Positions 51,267 to 60,364 are shown, counted from the stretch's first letter. The stretch is 64,000 nucleotides of DNA from Candidatus Dormiibacterota bacterium (GCA_036828955.1 DAISRJ010000002.1:9342-73341); one strand, 5' to 3'. Notes: a model not told the origin generated them from the sequence alone. Made by a program: numbers and translations.

Positions 51267-51319
51267 CGATTGATCGCGCCGAGTGGGAGGTGAGACCGAC
51301 CGGCTCCGCCGGGCGGTCG

Positions 51320-51340
51320 AGGAGGGCGCATCGCCCTCCT
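51320..51340. terminator. Perfect 9-bp hairpin AGGAGGGCG-cat-CGCCCTCCT between the convergent gcvH and tRNA-Val
   Basis: Seen in the sequence. Flanked by an A5 run on plus and a T5 run on minus. It could terminate either convergent transcript. Confidence 0.4.
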
Positions 51341-51401
51341 GATGGAAAAACGGGGCCCCCACCCAGCCGACCGAGCGCAGCGAGGAAGGCTGTGTGGGGC
51401 G

Positions 51402-51475
<74 letters not shown>

Positions 51476-51555
51476 CCGGCGACAACGGGCTCGAAGTCTA
51501 GCGCCGGCCGCCGTCTGACCACGTCGAGACACCGCCCGAAGCGCCACAGCGACGC

Positions 51556-51598
51556 TCTTGCCAACATATCGCAGATGCCACCTGTTTGCGATAGTTGC
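51556..51598 (+). promoter_or_regulatory. Candidate operator with TTGC-containing inverted repeats (ATCGCAgA-N9-TtTGCGAT) upstream of the NiCoT gene
   Basis: Imperfect 8-nt inverted repeat plus additional TTGCCAA/TTGCGG half-sites 40-80 nt upstream of the ATG. A Fur-family regulator is encoded immediately downstream. Confidence 0.3.
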
Positions 51599-51634
51599 GG
51601 CTCTCCGAGCGCAACAAGGTGGGAGGGCGCGGAC

Positions 51635-52774
51635 ATGGCGACGGCGGCGAAGGCGAGGCCTCGGTCCAGGCTGACCACCTCGGACAAACGTCGCCTCTTC
51701 GGCTTCGGCAGCGCCGTCTTCGTGATCAACGCCCTGGGCTGGGGCCTGGTCTCCTACTCGGTGTTCGTCGACCACAGCCGGCTCACCATCGCCATCGGCC
51801 TCACCGCCTGGAGCCTCGGCCTGCGTCATGCGTTCGACGCCGACCACATCTCGGCCATCGACAACGTCACACGCAAGCTCCTGGCGGACGGCAAACGTCC
51901 GATGGGCGTGGGCTTCTTCTTCTCCCTCGGTCACTCCACGATCGTCTTCGGGCTCGGCGTGGTGATCGCCGTGGCTGCGAAGGCGGTGGCCGGGACGGTG
52001 AAGAGCGGCAGCCTCAGCAACATCGGCACCTACCTCGGCACCGGCGTCTCCGCGTTCTTCCTCTACCTGATCGCGGCCATCAACATGGTGATCCTGCTGG
52101 GCATCTACCGGATCTTCAAAGAGATGCGCCTGGGCAGGTACGACGAGGCGACGCTGGAGCAGAAGCTGCAGGACCGAGGCTTGCTCAACCGTCTTCTCGG
52201 GCCGGCGGTGCGGGCCATACGGAGCAGCTGGCAGATGTACCCGGTGGGCGTGCTCTTCGGCCTCGGCTTCGACACCGCGACCGAGGTCGCCTTCCTGGCC
52301 CTTGCCGGCGCCACCGCCGCGCAGGGGCTGCCCTGGTTCGCCATCCTCAGCCTGCCCATCCTCTTCGCCGGGGGCATGTCGATGATGGACACGGCCGACG
52401 GCGCCTTCATGAACGTGGCCTACGGGTGGGCGTTCTCGAAGCCGGTGCGCAAGGTGTTCTACAACCTGGCGATCACGGGACTGTCCGTCGCGGTGGCGCT
52501 GATCATCGGCACCATCGAGGTCGTCTCCATCTGCATCACCTACTTCAAGCTCTCGGGCGGCGTCTGGGATGTCCTCAGGGGTATCAACCTCAACACGATC
52601 GGGTTCATCATCGTCGGCATGTTCATCGTCACCTGGGTGGCGGCCATCGCGGTGTGGAGGTTCGGCCACATCGAACAGCGCTGGTCGATGGCGCCCACTG
52701 CCGCGGGGGGCACAGCCGAGCTGCGCGCCAACGCCGAAGCCCGCGAACGGCTCGAGTCCGGCTCCGCCAGATGA
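51635..52774 (+). CDS. Nickel/cobalt transporter, NiCoT family (HoxN/NixA-like)
   Basis: Signature RHAFDADHISAIDN in TM2, 8 TM helices. Start at MATAAKARPRS; the upstream 20 aa of the track ORF are dropped. Confidence 0.85.
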   Translation: MATAAKARPRSRLTTSDKRRLFGFGSAVFVINALGWGLVSYSVFVDHSRLTIAIGLTAWSLGLRHAFDADHISAIDNVTRKLLADGKRPMGVGFFFSLGHSTIVFGLGVVIAVAAKAVAGTVKSGSLSNIGTYLGTGVSAFFLYLIAAINMVILLGIYRIFKEMRLGRYDEATLEQKLQDRGLLNRLLGPAVRAIRSSWQMYPVGVLFGLGFDTATEVAFLALAGATAAQGLPWFAILSLPILFAGGMSMMDTADGAFMNVAYGWAFSKPVRKVFYNLAITGLSVAVALIIGTIEVVSICITYFKLSGGVWDVLRGINLNTIGFIIVGMFIVTWVAAIAVWRFGHIEQRWSMAPTAAGGTAELRANAEARERLESGSAR

Positions 52775-53289
52775 CCGGGCGGACGGTGATCGCAGTGCGT
52801 CCGGTGGTCAAGTCCGGCCGGCGCCCGCCGGAGAAGGCAGTTGAGGCAACCAAGGGTGCGACACGCGAGGCGCTCCGCGGCGCCGGTCTGCGGGTCACCC
52901 CTCAGCGGGTCGCGGTCCTCGAGACATTGAGCGACGCCGGCGGGCATCACCTCAGCGCCGACGACGTGTGGCAGCGGCTGTCGTCTGGGGGATCGAGCAT
53001 GGATCGATCCACGGCCTACCGGGTGCTCGCCGACCTCGCCGACGCCGGTCTGCTCACCCAGGTGCGCCTCGAGGACAGCGTCGCCAGGTTCGAGGTGCAG
53101 GGGGTCGCCCACCACCACGCCGTGTGCGTCGTCTGCGGCTCCACCCAGGACGTGCCCGCCGACGCGGTCAGGCCGCTCAGTGCCACGCTGGCGAGGCGAA
53201 CGGGATTTCGCCTCTCGCTGAGAGAACCGCTGATGGTGCGCGGCACATGCCGGGACTGCGCGGCGCGAGGAATGAGCCGGGCTCGTTGA
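52771..53289 (+). CDS. Fur-family metalloregulator (Nur/Zur-like)
   Basis: ATGA overlap with the NiCoT stop. DNA-binding helix RVTPQRVAVLETL, metal sites HHHAVCVVCGS...CRDC. The rest of track ORF 51595..53289 is a frame artefact over NiCoT. Confidence 0.8.
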   Translation: MTGRTVIAVRPVVKSGRRPPEKAVEATKGATREALRGAGLRVTPQRVAVLETLSDAGGHHLSADDVWQRLSSGGSSMDRSTAYRVLADLADAGLLTQVRLEDSVARFEVQGVAHHHAVCVVCGSTQDVPADAVRPLSATLARRTGFRLSLREPLMVRGTCRDCAARGMSRAR

Positions 53290-53445
53290 GGTTTCCGGCC
53301 TCGGCTCGCTCCGGGGCGGATGGTATGCTGCCCGCGTCCCGTCAGGACATTCACAAAGCTTTCCTGTATCCGGCGCTGCCCGCCAGCCACCTCGGCGGCG
53401 CATCAGGTCCGGGTGCCGCAAGCCCAGGGGAAAGGAGGTGCGCGC

Positions 53446-53901
53446 ATGGTGCGCGACTACGAACTCATGTACATCGTTCGGCCCGAGCTGGACGATGAGG
53501 GACTGCAGGCCGCGGTGGCCTCGGTCGAGCAGATCGTCAGCGCCGCCGGCGGGTCGGTCGTGCACACCACCAATTGGGGCCGGCGCCGCCTCGCCTACGA
53601 GGTCGACCACCTCCGCGACGGCCACTACATGCTGTTGCACGTTCGCATGGACGGCGCCCGGGTCGTGGACCTCGAGCGGGCTCTGACCATCCACGAGACC
53701 GTCTTTCGCCACCTGCTCGTGCTCCGTGAGGCCGAGGCCGAGGCCGAACCCGATGGTGCGGCACCGGATGGAGACGGAGAGGCGGCGCGTCAGACAGTTG
53801 TCGCAGCCCTCGACGATGATGGCGCGGAAGACGAAGATGAGGATGACGACGTGGCGGATGTTCCCGCCGCGGTTCTCATCGCCGACGAGGAGGAGACCTG
53901 A
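53446..53901 (+). CDS. rpsF: 30S ribosomal protein S6 with acidic C-terminal tail
   Basis: [31 protein letters not shown], Asp/Glu-rich tail. Confidence 0.9.
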   Translation: MVRDYELMYIVRPELDDEGLQAAVASVEQIVSAAGGSVVHTTNWGRRRLAYEVDHLRDGHYMLLHVRMDGARVVDLERALTIHETVFRHLLVLREAEAEAEPDGAAPDGDGEAARQTVVAALDDDGAEDEDEDDDVADVPAAVLIADEEET

Positions 53902-54374
53902 TGTCCGGCTCGCTCAACCGCGTGATGCTCATCGGCCGCCTCACCCGCGACCCTGAGTTGCGCTTCACACCCAGCGGAACCGCCGTGTGCAACCTGGCCA
54001 TCGCCACCAATCGCTACGGCCAGGATCCCAGCGGCGAGCGCCGCGAGTACACCGACTACCACGACATCGTGGTGTGGAACTCCGGCAACCGCAAGCTCGC
54101 CGAGCTCTGCGGCCAGTACCTCCAGAAGGGCCGCATGGTCTACATCGAGGGCCGCCTCCAGACCCGCTCGTGGGACGACAAGGACACGGGGGCCAAGCGC
54201 TACAAGACCGAGGTCAACGCCAACGACGTGCAGTTCCTTGACAGCCGCCAGGACGGTGATGGCGGCGGCCGCAGTGCCGACCTCAGCGGGCAGCCCGCCG
54301 GCGCCGGCGCGGCGATCCCGGCGCTCGGATCCAACTCCGGTGGTGACGTCGACCCCGACGACATCCCGTTCTAG
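53901..54374 (+). CDS. ssb: Single-stranded DNA-binding protein
   Basis: OB-fold [33 protein letters not shown], Gly-rich linker, C-terminal DDIPF. TGATG overlap with rpsF. Confidence 0.9.
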   Translation: MSGSLNRVMLIGRLTRDPELRFTPSGTAVCNLAIATNRYGQDPSGERREYTDYHDIVVWNSGNRKLAELCGQYLQKGRMVYIEGRLQTRSWDDKDTGAKRYKTEVNANDVQFLDSRQDGDGGGRSADLSGQPAGAGAAIPALGSNSGGDVDPDDIPF

Positions 54375-54393
54375 GCAGGCGAGAAACACCCAC

Positions 54394-54624
54394 ATGCCCG
54401 ATTACGATCGCCGCCGCCGCAAGGTCTGCAGCTTCTGCCTCGAACACATCGAGGTCATCGACTACAAGGAGGTGGCCCGGCTGCGCCGCTACCTCAGCGA
54501 CCGCGGCAAGATCCTGCCCCGGCGCATGACCGGCACCTGCGCACGCCACCAGCGACGCCTCACCACAGCGCTCAACCGCGCCCGCCACATCGCGCTTCTG
54601 CCCTATCAGGCAGAGGTCAGGTAG
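54394..54624 (+). CDS. rpsR: 30S ribosomal protein S18
   Basis: [27 protein letters not shown].., 76 aa. Start chosen inside track ORF 54238. Confidence 0.9.
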   Translation: MPDYDRRRRKVCSFCLEHIEVIDYKEVARLRRYLSDRGKILPRRMTGTCARHQRRLTTALNRARHIALLPYQAEVR

Positions 54625-54628
54625 AACA

Positions 54629-54650
54629 CCCACGCGGCCGGCCGCGTGGG
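54629..54650 (+). terminator. 22-nt perfect palindrome CCCACGCGGCC|GGCCGCGTGGG 5 nt after the rpsR stop
   Basis: Seen in the sequence: an 11-bp GC-rich stem. Confidence 0.55.
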
Positions 54651-54667
54651 GACCCCGGGGCTCATCA

Positions 54668-54686
54668 GAGGGGCGATGCGCCCCTC
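54668..54686 (+). terminator. Second hairpin GAGGGGCG-atg-CGCCCCTC
   Basis: 8-bp stem and 3-nt loop, 18 nt after the first hairpin. Confidence 0.45.
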
Positions 54687-54787
54687 TCCGGCACCGGCAG
54701 AGCCGGCGCCGTCACTCCCCACTCGGCGCACTCGCGCCGGCTCGCTCGTCGCTGCGGCGCTGAACAAGAGTCGCTCATATACTGCGG

Positions 54788-55822
54788 GTGGCCATGCGCC
54801 GTCCGGCGACCCGTCTTCTCCACGTCCTGCTCAGCGTCCCGGTCGTCATCGCACTGGTGATCGCCGCCTCGCCGAACGCGCACGCCCAGGACGCCCCCGT
54901 GCCCATGGTCGTCGTCATCGATCCCGGTCATGGCGGAGCTGTCAACCCGGCGCAGCCCGACATGCCCTTCGACCCGGGGGCGATCGCCCCGAGCAACGGC
55001 CTCGAAGAGAAGGACGCCACCCTGGCGGTGTCGTTGCGCCTGCGCGCCCTTCTCGAACAGGACGACATCAACGCCATCCTCACGCGCTCCGCCGACATCC
55101 CTCTCAGCGTGCAGCAGCGCAGCGACACCGCCAACAACAACGGCGCCTCCGTCTTCGTCAGCGTGCACTTCAACTCGTTCACCGACGGCGGCCCCAACGG
55201 TTCGCTGGTGCTCTACCCCAAGGACAGCGACCTGGCCTTTGCGAAGACCATGAGCGACGCCATGTTCACCTACCTCGGCCCGCTCGGCGTGGCCAACGAC
55301 GGGGTGACCCTGCGCGACAACTGGTGGATCCACACGCAGATGCCGACGGTGACGGTGGAACCGGCCTTCCTGAGCAACGCACGCGAAGCCGCTCTCATTG
55401 CCACTCCGGGTTTCCAGCAGCTTCTGGCCATGTCGATCCGCGCCGGCATCGAGCGGTACGACCCGCAGCTGTTGCAGCGCAAGGCAGCGATCGTGGCCTG
55501 GAACACGTCACACCCCGATCGCCCGGTCACCGCGCCCACCGCGGTGATTCCGCGAACAACCCCGCCCGCGGCGTCCGGTTGGCTTGCAACGGTTGTGCGC
55601 GACGCGCTCATCCTCTGCCTCCTCGTCATCGTGGTTCGCCGGCCACGCGCCAGCTGGCGCGTGGTGCGGGCGATCGCAGCCGCCCTCCCCATGACCCTCG
55701 ACCGCGTGCTCATCCATCGCGCCGCCAGGCGCCGGCGTCGGCGCGCGCTGGCGATGCGCGCCGACGCCGCACGCGCGCAGCGATTCGCACGTCCGCACCA
55801 CGTGTACGACGAGCTGATCTGA
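54788..55822 (+). CDS. N-acetylmuramoyl-L-alanine amidase (Amidase_3) with signal peptide, C-terminal TM anchor and Arg-rich tail
   Basis: Signal peptide ..AASPNAHAQ. Amidase_3 motifs VVIDPGHGG, SVHFNS and TVEPAFLSN. C-terminal helix LILCLLVIVV followed by RRRRRR. Confidence 0.8.
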   Translation: MAMRRPATRLLHVLLSVPVVIALVIAASPNAHAQDAPVPMVVVIDPGHGGAVNPAQPDMPFDPGAIAPSNGLEEKDATLAVSLRLRALLEQDDINAILTRSADIPLSVQQRSDTANNNGASVFVSVHFNSFTDGGPNGSLVLYPKDSDLAFAKTMSDAMFTYLGPLGVANDGVTLRDNWWIHTQMPTVTVEPAFLSNAREAALIATPGFQQLLAMSIRAGIERYDPQLLQRKAAIVAWNTSHPDRPVTAPTAVIPRTTPPAASGWLATVVRDALILCLLVIVVRRPRASWRVVRAIAAALPMTLDRVLIHRAARRRRRRALAMRADAARAQRFARPHHVYDELI

Positions 55823-55904
55823 GCGCGCCGCGGCTCCGAGGCGGTCCCGAACCTGACGCTTGGTAGACTGCGCGACAAGGTATCCACGTACGCTGGGAGC
55901 AGAC

Positions 55905-57086
55905 ATGGCATTCGCACAGCAGCTCCGCGTCCCCGGTCCCACGCCACTTCCTGAGCGAGTCGTCCGCGCCGCCAGCCGGCCGATGATCAACCATCGCGGC
56001 CCCGAGTTCGCGGCCCTTCTCCGCGACATCGAAGAGGGCCTTCGCTGGGCGCTCCGGACAGACAACGACGTGCTCATCTACCCATGCAGTGGCACCGGCG
56101 GCCTCGAGGCGGCGGTTGTCAACCTGCTCAGCCCCGGCGAGCGGGCGCTCTTCTGCACGATGGGGTCATTCGGCAACCGCTGGGCCGACATGGGTGCCGC
56201 GTACGGCGCCGACGTGGTGCGCCTTCGCGTCGAACCGGGCGAGCCCATCGACCCCGAGGACGTGGAGCGCATCCTCGCCGAGAACGCCGGCATCACCACC
56301 GTCTTCGTGACCCACAACGAGACCAGCACGGGCGTCACCAATGACATCCCGGCAATCGCCGCAGTGGTCAAGGCACGCGGCAAGTTGCTCGCGGTCGACT
56401 CGGTCAGCGGCGCCGGGTGCCTTCCGCTGGACACGGACGGCTGCCGGATCGACGTGCTCGTCACCGGCTCTCAGAAGGGCTGGATGGCACCGCCCGGGGT
56501 CGCCATGGTGGCGGTGAGCGCCGCCGCTCTGGCGCGTGCGGACGCGACCACCACGCCGCGCTGGTACCTCGACTTCGCCCGCGAGCGCAAGTTCCAGGAG
56601 AAGTCACAGACGGCCACCACCCCCGCGGTGGGAGTGCTCTTCGCGATGCAGGAGGGCCTCGCGATGATGCGCGAAGAGGGCCTCGAGGCCGTCTGGGAGC
56701 GGCATGCACGGGTCGCGTCCATGATCCGCGCCGGCGTCGACGCGCTCGGCCTGCGCCTCCTGGCCGCCGAGGGCCATCGCAGCGACACCGTCACCGCGAT
56801 CCACAACCCCGTCGACGGCGCCGACACCCTCAAGGAGCTGCTCACCGGTCTGCGCACCCGTCACGGACTGGTGCTGGCCGGTGGCCAGGGCGACCTCGCA
56901 GGCAAGATCTTCCGCATCGGCCACCTTGGGATGATCGACGACGGCGACGTGTACAGCATCCTCGCCACCCTCGAGCAGGGCCTGCAGGAGACCGGGATGC
57001 GCAGCCGGGTCGGCCTCGCCGTTCCAGCCGCCCAATCGGTCGTGCGGTCCGTCCAGGTGAGCGGCCAGCCGGCAGGCGTGAGCTGA
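55905..57086 (+). CDS. serC: Class V aminotransferase, AGXT/archaeal-type phosphoserine aminotransferase (SerC-like)
   Basis: PLP-lysine region TGSQKGWMAPPGVAMV. GGGAG RBS before the ATG at 55905. Immediately upstream of serA. Confidence 0.75.
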   Translation: MAFAQQLRVPGPTPLPERVVRAASRPMINHRGPEFAALLRDIEEGLRWALRTDNDVLIYPCSGTGGLEAAVVNLLSPGERALFCTMGSFGNRWADMGAAYGADVVRLRVEPGEPIDPEDVERILAENAGITTVFVTHNETSTGVTNDIPAIAAVVKARGKLLAVDSVSGAGCLPLDTDGCRIDVLVTGSQKGWMAPPGVAMVAVSAAALARADATTTPRWYLDFARERKFQEKSQTATTPAVGVLFAMQEGLAMMREEGLEAVWERHARVASMIRAGVDALGLRLLAAEGHRSDTVTAIHNPVDGADTLKELLTGLRTRHGLVLAGGQGDLAGKIFRIGHLGMIDDGDVYSILATLEQGLQETGMRSRVGLAVPAAQSVVRSVQVSGQPAGVS

Positions 57087-57148
57087 GCATCCAGGCCGAA
57101 GCGCCACAGTCCGACGGGTCCCCAGGCGTCCGCCGCGACGGCGGCACA

Positions 57149-58723
57149 GTGCGCATCCTCGTCGCCGATCCCATCGCGACCGACGGCGTCGATCGCCTCC
57201 GCGCGGCCGGCGAGGTTGACGTCATCACCGGCCTCGACCCTGCCGAGCTGATCGCACGCATCCCCAGCTACGAAGCGCTCGTGGTCCGCAGCGAGACCAA
57301 GGTCACGGCGGAGGTCCTGGCCGCGGCGGTGCGCCTTCGGGTGGTCGGCCGCGCCGGGGTCGGCGTCGACAACATCGACATCGAGGCGGCCACCCGCCAC
57401 GGCGTCCTCGTCCTCAACGCCCCCACCGGCAACACCGTCGCCGCGGCCGAGCACGCCGTGGCCATGATGCTGGCGCTGGCTCGCAACATCCCCGCCGCCG
57501 ACGCGTCGTTGCGGGCGGGCCGCTGGGAACGCTCCAAGCTGATCGGCGTGGAGCTGCGCGACCGCACCCTCGGCGTTCTCGGGCTCGGCAAGATCGGGTT
57601 CGAGGTGGCGCGCATCGCCGGCGAGGGCCTGCGGATGCGCGTGATCGCGCACGACCCACTGGTCACCCACGAACGCGCCGAAAAGGCTGGGGCTGTGCTC
57701 GTCGACATGGACACCCTGCTCGCCGAGAGCGACGTGCTCACCGTGCACGTCCCGCTCACCGAGCACACCAAGGGGGTCATCGGCGCCGCTGAGCTCCGCC
57801 GCATGCGCCCCGGGGCCCGGCTCATCAACGTGGCCCGCGGCGGCATCATCGACGAGGCCGCCCTCGCCGAGGCGGTCCGGGACGGCGTCGTCGCCGGGGC
57901 GGCCATCGACGTGTTCACCAAGGAGCCGGTGCCGGCCGATCACCCGCTGATCGGCGTGGCCGGCATCGTTGTCACCCCGCACCTGGGAGCGAGCACTGCA
58001 GAGGCGCAGGTGAACGTGGCCGCCGATGTCGCCGACCAGATCGTCGAGTACCTCGCCGGCGGCTCGCCGCGCTCCGCTGTCAATGCGCCGGCCATCAACC
58101 CCGAGGAGCTGGCCCGTCTGCATCCCTACCTCGACCTGGCCGGGAAGATGGGCTCGCTGGCGGCGCAGCTCAGCAGTGGTGGCGTCCAGCGCGTCGTCTG
58201 CAGCTACGCCGGCGAGCTCGCCGACGTGGACACCTCGCTGGTCACCGCCGAGGTGCTGCGCGGCCTGCTCGGCCACTACTCCGACGCCCGCGTCAACGCC
58301 ATCAACGCCAAGACGGTGGCCCGCTCGATGGGCGTGGACGTCGACGAGCACACCACCACGCGCAGCGTCGACCACGCCAACTCGGTGTTCGTCGAGGTCA
58401 TCGGTGAGCAGCGCCTGCTCGTCGCCGGCACCCACTTCAACGGGTCGCCACGGATCACGCGCATCGACGACTTCCGCGTCGACATGCAGCCTGCCGGGAC
58501 GTTTCTTGTTGTTCAGCACGAGGATCGCCCCGGGGTCATCGCCGCAATCTCCACGCTCCTGGCGGGAAACGACATCAACATCGCGCGCATCGAGCTGGGC
58601 CGCGACCGCCCCCGCGGCCGCGCGGTCATGCTCATGGAGATCGACGATCCCATCGACTCGGCGCTTCTCGAGCGCCTCGCGTCGGTGGCCAAGCTCGAGC
58701 AGCTGCGACAGGTCAGGCTGTAG
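57149..58723 (+). CDS. serA: D-3-phosphoglycerate dehydrogenase (long form with ASB + ACT domains)
   Basis: GTG start in frame with track ORF 56417, whose upstream part overlaps serC in another frame and is rejected. NAD-binding GLGKIGFEVAR, catalytic His, and a C-terminal ACT domain. Confidence 0.85.
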   Translation: MRILVADPIATDGVDRLRAAGEVDVITGLDPAELIARIPSYEALVVRSETKVTAEVLAAAVRLRVVGRAGVGVDNIDIEAATRHGVLVLNAPTGNTVAAAEHAVAMMLALARNIPAADASLRAGRWERSKLIGVELRDRTLGVLGLGKIGFEVARIAGEGLRMRVIAHDPLVTHERAEKAGAVLVDMDTLLAESDVLTVHVPLTEHTKGVIGAAELRRMRPGARLINVARGGIIDEAALAEAVRDGVVAGAAIDVFTKEPVPADHPLIGVAGIVVTPHLGASTAEAQVNVAADVADQIVEYLAGGSPRSAVNAPAINPEELARLHPYLDLAGKMGSLAAQLSSGGVQRVVCSYAGELADVDTSLVTAEVLRGLLGHYSDARVNAINAKTVARSMGVDVDEHTTTRSVDHANSVFVEVIGEQRLLVAGTHFNGSPRITRIDDFRVDMQPAGTFLVVQHEDRPGVIAAISTLLAGNDINIARIELGRDRPRGRAVMLMEIDDPIDSALLERLASVAKLEQLRQVRL

Positions 58724-58726
58724 CGC

Positions 58727-60049
58727 GTGGCCGACATCCGGCCGCTTCGCGGAATCCGCTTCGACCCCGCGGCCGTGCACCTCGGCGGAGTCCTCGCCCC
58801 TCCGTACGACGTCATCGACGACGTTCAGCGCGAGGCCCTCTACGCGCGTGACCTGCGCAACATCGTGCGCGTCGACTACGGCCAGGACCTCCCCGACGAC
58901 GTGCCCGGCAGCAGCGACCGCTACACGCGGGCGGCGGAGCACCTCGAGGCATGGCGGTCGCTCGGCGTCCTGGTCCGCGAGGCGCGGGACGCCTACTACG
59001 TCACCGAGCACCAGTTCATCGCACCCGACGGCTCCCGCCACGCACGCCGCGGGGTGATCGCCCGGGTGCGGGCGGCGCCGTGGACGACCAGCGACCTCCG
59101 CCCGCACGAGCACACACTGCGCGGCCCCAAGGAGGACAGGCTGGCGCTGATGCGCGCCACCGACACCCAGACAAGCCCGGTGTTCGCCGTCTGGCAGGAG
59201 GCGCCGTCGGTCTCTGCCATCCTCGACGGGGTGGCCGCGTCGGCTGCGACAGCAGGGGGTCGCACGGACGGCGAGGTCGGGTCCGAGAAGCACCTCCTCT
59301 GGGTGGTCGACGACCCCGCCGTTGTGGAGGCGATCCGCGCCGCCTTTGCGCTCGCCCGCCTGTACATCGCCGACGGCCATCACCGCTACGAGACGGCCGC
59401 CGCCTTCGCCGCCGAGCGCGCCGCGGCCGGGGAACGGGCCGACGCGGAGTCACAGTTCGCGATGGTCTACCTGTGCGACGCCGCCGACCCCGGGATCAGC
59501 CTGCTCCCCACCCACCGGCTGCTCTTGCCTCGCCCCGGCGCCGCCTTCAGCCTCGACGACCTCTGGATGCGCCTCGACGATCGCTGGGAGGTGGAGGCCG
59601 GCGATAGCCTTCGCGCCGCCGCCGCGACCGCTGTCGAGATGCGGCAGACGCGGCACGCGTTCGCCGTCCGGGCCGCTGATGGCGTGGCGGTCCTCGCCCG
59701 GCCGCGTGACGCTGCCGCCTCGCCACGCCAGGGACTTGACGTGGTGGTGCTGCAGGACGAGGTGCTCGCCCCCGCCGGCGCCGATGAGGCGGCCGTCCGG
59801 GACGGAGCCCTGCGCTACACACGTTCCATTGACGAGGTGGACAGGGCTGTTGATGCCGGAGAGGCGGTGCTCGGCTTCGTCATCAACCCGGCCACGACGG
59901 CCGAGATGATCGCTGTTGCCGACGCCGGGGACGTCATGCCCCAGAAGTCGACGTACTTCTACCCCAAGGTGCCCACGGGGCTTGTGCTCTCGCCACTCGG
60001 GGCGGTGGGCGATGCCCCCGGGTCCGACCCGCGTACGATCCCAGGATGA
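58727..60049 (+). CDS. DUF1015 domain protein
   Basis: 440 aa beginning MADIRPLRGIRFDP, with ADGHHRYETAAAFA (conserved DUF1015 core). It starts 3 nt after the serA stop. Confidence 0.8.
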   Translation: MADIRPLRGIRFDPAAVHLGGVLAPPYDVIDDVQREALYARDLRNIVRVDYGQDLPDDVPGSSDRYTRAAEHLEAWRSLGVLVREARDAYYVTEHQFIAPDGSRHARRGVIARVRAAPWTTSDLRPHEHTLRGPKEDRLALMRATDTQTSPVFAVWQEAPSVSAILDGVAASAATAGGRTDGEVGSEKHLLWVVDDPAVVEAIRAAFALARLYIADGHHRYETAAAFAAERAAAGERADAESQFAMVYLCDAADPGISLLPTHRLLLPRPGAAFSLDDLWMRLDDRWEVEAGDSLRAAAATAVEMRQTRHAFAVRAADGVAVLARPRDAAASPRQGLDVVVLQDEVLAPAGADEAAVRDGALRYTRSIDEVDRAVDAGEAVLGFVINPATTAEMIAVADAGDVMPQKSTYFYPKVPTGLVLSPLGAVGDAPGSDPRTIPG

Positions 60050-60300
60050 GCCGTCGCATCGCCGTTTCCGTCGACGACGACGTGCTCGAGGCGCTCAACG
60101 CCCACACCCGCGGATCGCCGCTGAGCCGGAGCGAGCTCGTCAACGTGGCTCTGCGTCGGTTCCTCCGCGCCGAGCGGCGCGCCGCCCGGCTCAACGTCAA
60201 CGGCGCCGAGCAGGCACGTGGGATCGCCAGCGGCGCGGTGCCGTCGCATCGCCTCGAGGGGCATCTGCTCCGCCTCTATCGCGGCCCCTGGGAGAATTGA
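60046..60300 (+). CDS. Ribbon-helix-helix (CopG/MetJ-like) small DNA-binding protein
   Basis: RIAVSVDDDVLEALNAHT..SRSELVNVALRRFL is an RHH beta-strand plus two helices. ATGA overlap with the DUF1015 stop. Confidence 0.6.
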   Translation: MSRRIAVSVDDDVLEALNAHTRGSPLSRSELVNVALRRFLRAERRAARLNVNGAEQARGIASGAVPSHRLEGHLLRLYRGPWEN

Positions 60301-60364
60301 GCGCGCGTTTGGGGCCCGCTGTCGCCGGGTAGACAAGTCAGTGGAGCAGTCAGCAGGAGACACA

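Noticed and set aside
51595-53289. 564-aa track ORF spanning the NiCoT and Fur region
   Set aside because: It is a frame artefact: the NiCoT protein is encoded in the 51575/51635 frame with clear TM and signature motifs. Only the last 172 codons (from the ATGA-coupled ATG at 52771) encode a real Fur-family protein.
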